DNA of 64,000 bases from Eledone cirrhosa. Lineage: Eukaryota. This document shows positions 15,159-26,479 of this stretch, in pieces. Location of the stretch: the NCBI GenBank assembly GCA_964016885.1, contig OZ024762.1, forward strand, positions 15,872,001 through 15,936,000. Reading direction: 5' to 3'. Position 1 is the stretch's first letter. Every line of letters starts with the position of its first letter. A program made the position numbers and the translations under genes. The notes under the pieces are model-generated. The model worked only from the letters and a program-made list of their open reading frames with translations, was not told the DNA's origin and did not search any database.

Positions 15159-15744
15159 CCTTGAACCTTTCGTTGAAGGGAATCAAAGAAGAAGGGCGCA
15201 AAATACAGAAATTGTCTCCACCGGCTCACAGTAACCAAACACACCCCCACCAACACCAACACCACCACCAAAAAGTACCATTGTCTCCTCCCCCACCACT
15301 ATCATCATCATCATCACAACCACATCACCAACAACAACAACAACAACAGAGTCAACAACCACATCGCCAGAAAGTTCCACAACTATCTCCTCCTACACAA
15401 CAACAACAACAACAACAACAAAAGCCACAAAAACAACCACCACAACAACAACAACTACAGCAACACAGCCACAAAACACACCACCAGAAAGTGCAACAAT
15501 TGTCACCACCACCACCAGCACCACCACCACAACAACAAAGTCACCAGTCACCCCACCAACACCATCACCAACAACAGCAGCAGCAGCAGCATCAGCACAA
15601 ACAGCAGCAACAAAAGAAATTGTCCCCATCTCCAAAACAGAGTCACCAACCGGTCAAGTTAGAGAAATCAGAAGTTATTAATACGACACATCCAACATTT
15701 CCTCTGGTGAAACATTGCAATCTTATGGACCGAAATGCTGAACA
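15159..15744 (+). CDS. MPND: MPND exon, Q/H/P-rich low-complexity linker
   Basis: tttttag/gtaagt, phase 1/2; LNLSLKGIKEE...polyQ/H...TFPLVKHCNLMDRNAEQ, in frame with the next exon. Confidence 0.8.
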
Positions 15745-15749
15745 GTAAG

Positions 15750-16192
15750 TTAACCCTTTAGCATTTAAACCGGCCCTATCCGGCCAGAATTCTTTCACCT
15801 CTTTCTGTTTAAACTGGGCAATAACAGGCCACTCATACTTATGTTTAAGTATTGTTCTCAAAATAAATAATATCAAAATCCCGTAGATTCGATATTACGT
15901 GAGATAATTATGTAAGATAAAATATTTAGTGTGAAAATACAATAGTATATATAGAGTAATGTAAATGTTATGTGAGATATTATGTGAGGTAAAGCCTTTA
16001 CTGTGAAAATACAATAGTATATATAGAGTAATGTAAATGTTATGTGAGATATTATGTGAGGTAAAGCCTTTACTGTGAAAATACAATAGTATATATAGTG
16101 TAATGTAAATGTTATGTGAGATATGTGAGGTAAAGCCTTTACTGTGAAAATACAATAGTATATATATAGTAATGTAAATGATAAAGGGTTAA
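15750..16192 (-). mobile_element. piggyBac-like MITE with 72-bp array, inverted orientation
   Basis: TTAACCCTTTAGCATTTAAA...AAAGGGTTAA; TTAA overlaps the +6 position of the splice donor. Confidence 0.8.
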
Positions 16193-16479
16193 GGGTTTTT
16201 CTTTTTAAATAAATATAAACAAACTGCTAAAAATAGACTACTACCTCTCAGAAAATAATTGTTTCTACTTTTGGCACAAGGCCAGCAATTATCTCAGTGT
16301 ATTACTGGTACTTTATTTTATCGACCCCGTAAGGATGAAAGGCAAAGTTAACTTCAGCTGAATTTGAACTCAGACCATAAAGGGCCGTAACTCTATGCGT
16401 CAAAGCATGACATCAGACCCTCTACCGATACTGCCAATCCACCTCTCAGAAAATAGAGAAATAACCACAATAGTGCTAA

Positions 16480-17595
16480 AGGCGAGTGAATCACTGTCCC
16501 CCCAGGAACAGATACAGACTATGCGGTGTGGAAATGTCTCAACAGACTAAGATCTGGTGTTGGTCGTCCCAAAACCAATCTGGCAAAATGGGGATATTTA
16601 AAGCAGGCATGTCAATCATGCGGCCCTTTATAAACCCACCTGTGGCCCACACAACGGTTTTTACTGCACTAGCATGTTTTATCTTCGCAATATAAAATAA
16701 AAAAAATTAGTTGTAAAGTGCGCAGTTAGTTGTCGTGTGTGGCCCCCTGACAACACATGTGTGGCCCCCTGACAACACATGTGTGGCCCCCTGACGACAC
16801 GTGTGTGACCCCTGACAACACATGTGTGACCTATGTGGCCCTCGGGGTACCCTCAGTTTGACATGCATGATTTAAAGGATGGGTACGTTGTGCGTGACTG
16901 TGGCATCGAACCCCAGACTACACAGCACCTCCTGATATGTCCCCTGTTAGAATGAAACACCCCCTGCACAGTATTGGACTTGGCAGAGTTTAATGAGAAA
17001 GGACATCAATGTGTTGAGCTGTGGTAGAACCAGATCTAGCCAAGCTTTGTAACTGACACTCTTGTGGACACAAGGACGTCAATGTGTTGAGCTGTGGTAG
17101 AACCAGATCTAGCCAAGCTTTGTAACTGACACTCTTGTGGACACAAGGACAGCAATGTGTTCAGCTGTGGTAGAACCAGATCTAGCCAAGCTTTGTAACT
17201 GACACTCTTGTGGACACAAGGACAGCAATGTGTTCAGCTGTGGTGGAACCAGATCTAGCCAAACTTTGTAACTGACACTCTTGTGGACACAAGGACAGCA
17301 ATGTGTTCAGCTGTGGTGGAACCAGATCTAGCCAAGCTTTGTAACTGACACTCTTGTGGACACAAGGACATCAATGTGTTCAGCTGTGGTGGAACCAGAT
17401 CTAGCCAAGCTTTGTAACTGACACTCTTGTGGACACAAGGACATCAATGTGTTCAGCTGTGGTAGAACCACATCTAGCCAAGCTTTGTAGCTGACACTCT
17501 TGTGGACACAAGAATATCAATGTGTTCAGCTGTGGTAGAACCAGATTTAGCCAAGCTTTGTAGCTGACACTCTTGTGGACACGATAAGAAGAAGT
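16480..17595 (+). mobile_element. Vingi/Ingi-like LINE 3' fragment, interrupted by a hAT MITE and ending in a 73-bp x8 tandem array
   Basis: WKCLNRLRSGVGRPKTNLAKWGYLK|DGYVVRDCGIEPQTTQHLLICPLL; array 17008-17580; (AAG)n tail. Confidence 0.7.
16604..16869. mobile_element. hAT-type MITE
   Basis: TIRs CAGGCATGTCAA / TTGACATGCATG, 8-bp TSD ATTTAAAG, short internal tandem repeat. Confidence 0.85.
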
Positions 17596-18600
17596 AATTT
17601 GGATACCTGGCCATACAGATATAAGAGGAAATAGGAAAGCAGATGAATTAGCAAAAGAGGGAGCACAAAGGGAAATAATAGATATAGACTACATCCCAAA
17701 TCTTTCTCAGGTAAAATCATTTAACAAACAAATAATTAGTCAAGGGTGGGAAACATTTTGGGAAGAATCCAGAGAAAAGCTCATAGATTTCAATCCCCAA
17801 CTTTCTCTACCAGATTTGACAACTTTCAAAACTTATCCATCATTGAGTAATGCAAATAAAAATAGATTATGCTGGCTTCCAACTGGACATATACCTTTGA
17901 ACTGGACATTACCTTTGAACTGGACATTACCATTGAACTGGACATATACCATTGAACTGGACATTACCTTTGAACTGGACATTACCATTGAACTGGACAT
18001 ATACCATTGAACTGGACATTACCTTTGAACTGGACATATACCATTGAATTGGACATATACCTTTGAACTGGACATATACCTTTGAACTGGACATTACCTT
18101 TGAACTGGACATATACCTTTGAACTGGACATATACCATTGAATTGGACATATACCTTTGAACTGGACATTACCTTTGAACTGGATATATACCATTGAACT
18201 GGACATATACCTTTGAACTGGACATATACCTTTGAACTGGACATTACCATTGAACTGGACATATACCATTGAACTACATTCTACCAAGAACAGGTCGTAG
18301 AGATTCGCCTCTGTTCTTGTGGTCACCCTCCAGAAACTCTTTGGCACTAGTTATTCCATTGTAGAAACTATCAGTCTAGAGAGAGGACATGTTGAAACCA
18401 ATCTTTAAGAAACTACCAACATTGGAAGTTCAATATTTAGTTACAGGTCTACCAAATATAAACCAAATCTTTGTGTACATGGAAGCTAGGAAAAGATTCA
18501 CCTTTATGTTCTTGTGGTGATTCTCCAGAAACTGTTTGTGTGACAGCTCACACCTATGTAGGTTTAGCTGGCCTCCTCCGAGGTATATCTCGTTGGATTA
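17595..18600 (+). mobile_element. RNase H-containing LINE fragment with internal 18/19-bp minisatellite
   Basis: VIWIPGHTDIRGNRKADELAKEG (RNase H C-terminal motif); array 17881-18276 of aactggacat(a)tacc(t/a)ttg at the TGHIPLN motif. Confidence 0.8.
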
Positions 18601-18703
18601 ATATGGTTCATTGATTACACAATGAATATAGTTTTACAATAGATTAAAAGCACTCTACAAGAAAGTTTTCTGGAGTTATTATTATTCAGAATAATATATA
18701 TAG

Positions 18704-18772
<69 letters not shown>

Positions 18773-19410
18773 TAAAATAACATTTGCTCTACGGTTCTTA
18801 TATATTTGATATATATTTATCCTTATCGAGCCCTCTTTGGATTTTAGTCTTCAAATTTTATTATTATTACTATATATTGGAGGCACATGGCTTAGTGGTT
18901 AGAGCATTGGCTTTGCAATCGAAAGGTTGTGAGTTCAATTCTCAGACCGGGTGATGTGTTGTTTCCTTGAGCAAGACACTTTATTTCACGTTGCTCCAGT
19001 TTACTCAGCTGTAGAAATGAGATTATAGGGACTGGGGTCCCTATCATTCCACTGCAAAGTGGTCGTGGAGGTGCCACGGCAAAAAAGCACCCAGCACTCA
19101 CTGTAAATGAGGTTGGTGTTAGGAAGGGCATCCAGCTGTAGAAATCAAGCCAGAATCAGTTCCCGTCCCACCCTTGCAAGCAGGGAAAAGTGGGCGTAAA
19201 ATGAAATGATGAAATGATGATGATATATATATATAAATGAATGTTATTTTTTTTATTACTCGTCTCACTTGCTCTTTTTGGTTACCAACTCAATACTTTC
19301 CCTAGTCTGTTATGTCTTACTAGCTCTATACGGACGTTTAAATTGAATAAATAACTAAATATAAACCAAGAGACTTGTTCAGTCTAATATGTTGCTATGT
19401 CTTCTGCCAG

Positions 19411-19507
19411 AGATCCTAACACGCTAGTGGAGTGTGAGACATTTGAAGATTACGGAAAGTTCCAACCATTCACTGTTTCTGTCACAACCAATTCTATGTT
19501 CCTCATC
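19411..19507 (+). CDS. MPND: MPND exon (start of MPN domain)
   Basis: ctgccag/gtgagt, phase 2/0; DPNTLVECETFEDYGKFQPFTVSVTTNSMFLI. Confidence 0.95.
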
Positions 19508-19529
19508 GTGAGTAGATTTCACACTTTCT

Positions 19530-20152
19530 AGTGTTGTTGGTGGTGGTGTTATTGGTGGTGGTGGTGGTGATGGGGGGGGGGGGGGTAGTGTTGGTGGTGG
19601 TGGTGGTGGTGGTGGTGGTATTGCTGGTGATGGTGGTGGTGGTGATGGGGAGGGAGGGGGTGTTAGTAGTAGTGTTGTTGGTGGTGGTGGTATGGCTGGT
19701 GTTGTTGTTGTTGGTGGTGGTGGGGAGGGGGGAGTAGTGTTGGTGGTGGTAGTGGTGGTGGTGGTGGTGATGGGGAGGGAGGGGGTGTTAGTAGTAGTGT
19801 CGTTGGTGGTGGTGGTGGTATGGCTGGTGTTGTTGTTGGTGGTGATGGGGAGGGAGGGGGTGTTAGTAGTAGTGTTGGTGGTGTTGGTGGTGGTATTGCT
19901 GGTGTTGTTGGTGGTGATGGTGGGGAGTAGTAATGGTGGTGGTGGTGTTGGTGTTGTTAGTGGTAGTGTTGGTGAGGGGGTGTTGTTGGTGGTAGGGGGT
20001 GTTGGTGTTGGTAGTAGTGGTGGTGGTGGGGTAGTAGTGGTGGTGGGGCATTGTTGTTGTTGTTGGGGGGGGGGGGGGGGGTAGTGTTGGTGGTGTTGAT
20101 GGTATTGGTGGTGGTGGTGCTGGTAGTGGTAATGGTGGTGGTGGTGGTGGTC
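19530..20152. repeat. (GGT/GTT)n low-complexity tract
   Basis: Directly visible. Confidence 0.95.
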
Positions 20153-20214
20153 AGATATATGATTAAAGGCATATTAACGAGTTGATTGGCAACAGTGTGT
20201 GATAATTAACAATG

Positions 20215-21566
20215 TTTTAACGAGGTGATGTGTTCACTGTAATAATTAATTAGTTATGTGTTAACGAGGTGATGTGTTCACTGTAATAATTAATTAGTTA
20301 TGTGTTAACGAGATGATGTGTTCACTGTAATAATTAATTAGTTATGTGTTAACGAGGTGATGTGTTCACTGTAATAATTAATTAGTTATGTGTTAACGAG
20401 ATGATGTGTTCACTGTTATAATTAATTAGTTATGTGTTAACGAGGTGATGTGTTCACTGTAATAATTAATTAGTTATGTGTTAACGAGATGATGTGTTCA
20501 CAGTAATAATTAATTAGTTATGTGTTAACGAGATGATGTGTTCACTGTTATAATTAATTAGTTATGTGTTAACGAGGTGATGTGTTCACTGTAATAATTA
20601 ATTAGTTATGTGTTAACGAGATGATGTGTTCACAGTAATAATTAATTAGTTATGTGTTAACGAGATGATGTGTTCACTGTTATAATTAATTAGTTATGTG
20701 TTAACGAGGTGATGTGTTCACTGTTATAATTAATTAGTGATGTGTTAATGAGGTGATTGTTCACTGTTATAATTAATTAGTTATGTGTTAACGAGGTGAT
20801 GTGTTCACTGTAATAATTAATTAGTTATGTGTTAACGAGATGATGTGTTCACTGTTATAATTAATTAGTTATGTGTTAACGAGGTGATGTGTTCACTGTT
20901 ATAATTAATTAGTGATGTGTTAACGAAGTGATGTGTTCACTAATAATTAATTAGTTATGTGTTAACGAGATGATGTGTTCACTGTTATAATTAATTAGTT
21001 ATGTGTTAACGAGGTGATGTGTTCACTGTAATAATTAATTAGTTATGTGTTAACGAGATGATGTGTTCACTGTTATAATTAATTAGTTATGTGTTAATGA
21101 GGTGATGTGTTCACTGTAATAATTAATTAGTTATGTGTTAACGAGATGATGTGTTCACTGTTATAATTAATTAGTGATGTGTTAATGAGATGATGTGTTC
21201 ACAGTAATAATTAATTAGTTATGTGTTAATGAGGTGATGTGTTCACAGTAATAATTAATTAGTTATGTGTTAATGAGGTGATTGTTCACTGTAATAATTA
21301 ATTAGTTATGTGTTAATGAGGCAATGTGTTCACTGTAATAATTAATTATGTGTTAACGAGGTGATGTGTTCTTGTAATAATTAATTAGTTATGTGTTAAC
21401 GAGGCGATGTGTTCACTGTAATAATTAATTATGTGTTAACGAGGTGATGTGTTCGTTGTAATAATTAATTAGTTACGTGTTAACGGAGTGATGTGTTCGC
21501 TGTAATAATTAATTATGGGTTAACGAGGTGATGTGTTCACTGTAATAATTAATTATGTGTTAACGA
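20215..21566. repeat. Minisatellite, 44-bp unit, about 30 copies
   Basis: gttaacgaggtgatgtgttcactgtaataattaattagttatgt. Confidence 0.95.
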
Positions 21567-21593
21567 TCTGATTGTTCTCTCTACTAATTACAG

Positions 21594-21666
21594 GACTTCC
21601 ACTGTCACCTGACCAGTAGTGAAGTATTAGGATATTTAGCTGGGAAATGGGACCAAAATACCCAAC
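21594..21666 (+). CDS. MPND: MPND exon (JAMM Glu)
   Basis: ttacag/gtaagt, phase 0/1; DFHCHLTSSEVLGYLAGKWDQNTQ. Confidence 0.95.
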
Positions 21667-22044
21667 GTAAGTATCCATGGTAACCAATGATGGGCAATAT
21701 AAACATTAATTGCAGTACCCTCGTTAATTAATGGCTTGTCACCCAGTGGTAAGGGTGTTGGGTTTAATACCATAATGTCAAGGGTTTTATTCCTCAACTG
21801 GGTTGTGTGCTGTCACTGAATACACAAAGGTGTTTTTTCTCCAAAAGGTTTTCTGTTGCTTCTTCTTCTTGTTTCTCATTCTATCTTCCGATGAAGGACT
21901 AGTGTCCGACCAAAACATAAAGACACTTTTCCTACTATATCAAGCGTTAAACTAATATATTTCTTCAGTGTACTGTGTTGTTTGCTTCGTTGTTTCTGTT
22001 TACTTTTTGCATAAATATTTTTTTTTTTTTTTTCTTTAATCCAG

Positions 22045-22121
22045 ACCTGAATATTCTGCAAGCATTCCCATGTCTAAGTAGGTTAGGGGACAAAGAAAAT
22101 GCTCCTTTAATCGAGGCTGAG
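22045..22121 (+). CDS. MPND: MPND exon
   Basis: atccag/gtgagt, phase 1/0; HLNILQAFPCLSRLGDKENAPLIEAE. Confidence 0.95.
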
Positions 22122-22164
22122 GTGAGTTTTATTGTTGTTTGTTTTGTTTTTACATCCTTTACCT

Positions 22165-22960
22165 GGGGATGCCACACTAGATGTGCCACTGGAGCAGCCT
22201 GTTGTTGGAGCTCCACTGTAGATGTGCCACTGGAGCAGCCTGTTGTTGGGGTGCCACTGTAGATGTGCCACTGGTGCAGCCTGTCGTTGGGGTGCCACCC
22301 TAGATGTGCTACTGGAGCAGCCTGTCTTTGGGGTGCCACTGGTGCAGCCTGTCGTTGGGGTGCCACCCTAGATGTGCTACTGGAGCAGCCTGTCTTTGGG
22401 GTGCCACTGTAGATGTGCCACTGGTGCAGCCTGTCGTTGGGGTGCCACCCTAGATGTGCTACTGGAGCAGCCTGTCTTTGGGGTTCCACTGTAGATGTGC
22501 CACTGGTGCAGCCTGTCGTTGGGGTGCCACCCTAGATGTGCCACTGGTACAGTCAATCGTTGGGGTGCTACTAGAGCAGCCTCTCTTTGGCGTGCCACCC
22601 TAGATGTGCCACTGGTATAGCCAATCGTTGGGGTGCCACTGTAGATGTGCCACTGGAGCAGCCTGTCTTTGGGGTGCCACTGGTACAGCCAATCGTTGGG
22701 GTGCCACTGTAGATGTGCCACTGGAGCAGCCTGTCGTTGGGGTGCCACTGGAGCAGCCTGTCTTTGGGGTGCCACCCTAGATGTGACACTGGAGAAGCCT
22801 GTCTTTGGGGTGCCACCCTAGATGTGCCACTGGTACAGCCAATCGTTGGGGTGCCACACTATATGTGCCACTGGAGCAGCCTGTCTTTGGGGTGCCACCC
22901 TAGATGTGCCACTGGTGCAGCCTGTTGTTGGGGCGTCACTGTAGATGTACCACTGGTGCA
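22165..22960. repeat. GC-rich variable minisatellite (about 28/41-bp units)
   Basis: gatgtgccactggagcagcctgtc(g/t)ttggggtgccac repeated. Confidence 0.9.
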
Positions 22961-23732
22961 GTCATTGTATGTGTCGGTGTGCATATGCTTTGCATCTGTA
23001 CAAGTGTATATGCAGTTATTAGATGCAGAATTTTTGTATGTATGTATTTATATATATATATGTATGTATATAATACGCATTTGTATGTATGTATTTATAT
23101 ATATATATGTATGTATATAATACACATTTGTATGTATGTATTTATATATATATATATGTATGTATATAATACGCATTTGTATGTATGTATTTATATATAT
23201 ATATGTATGTATATAATACGCATTTGTATGTATGTATTTATATATATATATGTATGTATATAATACGCATTTGTATGTATGTATTTATATATATATGTGG
23301 AGGCACATGGCTTAGTGGTTAGAGCATTGGCCTTGCAATCGAAAGATTGTGAGTTCAATTCTCAGCCCGGGTGATGTGTTGTTTCCTTGGGCAAGACACT
23401 TTATTTCACATTACTTCAGTTTACTCAGCTGTAGAAATGAGATGATAGGGACTGGGGTCCCTATCATTCCACTGCAAAGTGGTCGTGGAGGTGCCACGGC
23501 AAAAAAAGCACCCAGCACTCACTGTAAATGAGGTTGGCGTTAGGAAGGGCATCCAGCTGTAGAAATCAAGCCAGAATCAGTTCCCGTCCCACCCTTGCAA
23601 GCTGGGAAGAGCGGACGTAAAATGATGATGATGAAAATGATGATGATGTATGTATATAATACGCATTTGTATGTATGTATTTATATATATATATGTATGT
23701 ATATAATACGCATTTGTGTCTTTTTTTCATAG

Positions 23733-23901
23733 ATTCGGCATCGAATGAACAAATGTGGTTTGTCTTTAGTCGGTTGGTACCACAGTCATCCTCACCGTTC
23801 TGCTAGTCCAACTCTTCGAGATATCGACTGCCAAATGACATATCAACTGAAGATGAAGGGTGTTGGGTCCATATACCACCCCTGTTTAGGTTTTATTATT
23901 G
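23733..23901 (+). CDS. MPND: MPND exon with JAMM motif
   Basis: ttcatag/gtgagt, phase 0/1; GLSLVGWYHSHPHRSASPTLRDIDCQMTYQL. Confidence 0.97.
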
Positions 23902-23947
23902 GTGAGTTGCTAGATAATCTTTATGACACCCTACCTGCAAAACAAAG

Positions 23948-25065
23948 GGAGACCCGGGGGCAGACCGTGGGCAAGATAGTTGGATAACATCTATAACAGT
24001 AGGAGACCCGGGGGCAGACCCTGGGCAAGATAGTTGGATAACATCTATAACAGTAGGAGACCCAGGGGTAGACCGTGGGCAAGATAGTTGGATAACATCT
24101 ATAACAGTAGGAGTCCCAGGGGCAGACCGTGGGCAAGATGGTTGGATAACATCTATAACAGTAGGGTACCCAGGGGTAGACCGTGGGCAAGATAGTTGGA
24201 TAACATCTATAACAGTAGGGTACCTAGGGGTAGACCGTGGGCAAGGTTGTTGAATAACATCTACAACAGTAGGAGACCCAGGGGTAGACCCTGGGCAAGA
24301 TAGTTGGATAACATCTATAACAGTAGGAGACCCAGGGGTAGACCGTGGGCAAGATAGTTGGATAACATCTACAACAGTACGAGACCCAGGGGTAGACCGT
24401 GGGCAAGATGGTTGGATAACATCTATAACAGTAGGGTACCCAGGGGTAGACCGTGGGCAAGATAGTTGGATAACATCTATAACAGTAGGGTACCTAGGGG
24501 TAGACCGTGGGCAAGGTTGTTGAATAACATCTACAACAGTAGGAGACCCAGGGGTAGACCCTGGGCAAGATAGTTGGATAACATCTATAACAGTAGGAGA
24601 CCCAGGGGCAGACCCTGGCAAGATAGTTGGATAACATCTATAACAGAAGGAGACCCAGGGGCAGACCCTGGGCAAGATAGTTGGATAACATCTATAACAG
24701 TAGGAGACCCAGGGGTAGACCGTGGGCAAGATAGTTGGATAACATCTATAACAGTAGGAGACCCAGGGGTAGACCGTGGGCAAGATAGTTGGATAACATC
24801 TATAACAGTTGGAGACCCAGGGGTAGACCGTGGGCAAGATAGTTGGATAACATCTATAACAGTAGGAGACCCAGGGGTAGACCGTGGGCAAGATAGTTGG
24901 ATAACATCTATAACAGTAGGAGACCCAGGGGCAGACCGTGGGCAAGATGGCTGGATAACATCTATGAGCTCGGTTGGTCTCACTTGGGGATCTAACCAGA
25001 TTAATTGGAGACTGTTACTTCTGATAGGACCAGCTAAAAGACTACTTGAGGACTCTGCCCTCAAT
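23948..25065 (+). repeat. 54-bp minisatellite (about 19 copies) amplified from an RTE LINE 3' segment
   Basis: Unit ggagacccaggggtagaccgtgggcaagatagttggataacatctataacagta matches the RTE fragment at 38019-38065; downstream flank also continues the LINE. Confidence 0.9.
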
Positions 25066-25118
25066 CACCCTCCTTTTAGTTTTTCAATATTTTTGGAATA
25101 TTTTTAATTTCTATTTTT

Positions 25119-26257
25119 TAATCCTTTAGTGTTTACATTACTCTATATATAGTATTGTATTTTCACAGTAAAGGCTTTCCCTCACATAACATTTACATTA
25201 CTCTATATATACTATTGTATTTTCACAGTAAAGGCTTTACCTCACATAATGTCTCACATAACATTTACATTACTCTATATATACTATTGTATTTTCACGG
25301 TAAAGACTTTACCTCACATAATATCTCACATAACATTTACATTACTCTATATATACTATTGTATTTTCATGGTAAAGGCTTTACCTCACATAATATCTCA
25401 CATAACATTTACATTACTCTATATATACTATTGTATTTTCACAGTAAAGGCTTTACCTCACATAATATCTCACATAACATTTACATTACTCTATATATAC
25501 TATTGTATTTTCACAGTAAAGACTTTACCTCACATAATATCTCACATAACATTTACATTACTCTATATATACTATTGTATTTTCCCAGTAAAGGCTTTAC
25601 CTCACATAACATTTACATTACTCTATATATACTATTGTATTTTCACAGTAAAAGCTTTACCTCACATAATATCTCGCATAACATTTACATTACTCTATAT
25701 ATACTATTGTATTTTCATGGTAAAGGATTTACCTCGCATAATATCTCACATAACATTTACATAACTCTATATATACTATTGTATTTTCACAGTAAAGGCT
25801 TTACCTCACATAATATCTCACATAACATTTACATTACTCTATATATACTATTGTATTTTCACAGTAAAGACTTTACCTCACATAATATCTCACATAACAT
25901 TTACATTACTCTATATATACTATTGTATTTTCATGGTAAAGGATTTACCTCGCATAATATCTCACATAACATTTACATTACTCTATATATACTATTGTAT
26001 TTTCACAGTAAAGGCTTTACCTCACATAATATCTCACATAACATTTACATTACTCTATATATACTATTGTATTTTCACGGTAAAGGCTTTACCTCACATA
26101 ATTATCTCACATAATATCAAATCTATGAGATTTTGATATTATTTGTTTTGAGAACAATACCTTAACATCAGTATGAGTTGCCAGTTACAGCTAGTTTGAA
26201 CAGAAAGATTTGAGAGAATTCTGGACGGATAAGGCCGGTTTAAATGCTAAAGGGTTA
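25119..26257 (+). mobile_element. piggyBac-like MITE with about 13 copies of the 72-bp unit
   Basis: Same internal unit and TAAATGCTAAAGGGTTA right end. Confidence 0.8.
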
Positions 26258-26335
26258 TATATCATGTAAATATATTTTAAATATATTTTTATTTTTCTCT
26301 TTGAATGATGCTTTTTCATGTTTATTTTTCCCCAG

Positions 26336-26409
26336 CTCCCTATAATAAAAGTTCTAAGAAGAAGGAATCAACGTTCCGAGCTTTCTGGGTGATGCCACCC
26401 GTTGTCGAG
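26336..26409 (+). CDS. MPND: MPND exon
   Basis: ccccag/gtaagt, phase 1/0; APYNKSSKKKESTFRAFWVMPPVVE. Confidence 0.95.
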
Positions 26410-26479
26410 GTAAGTGGGATCCTTTGTCAACATCTACTGTAATCCTTCACTAAGAATTGCCACAGTTGATACAGCAGAA

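Noticed and set aside
25155-26114. Repetitive 24-aa-unit ORFs (also 7541, 51584, 58030)
   Set aside because: Translation of the 72-bp MITE array
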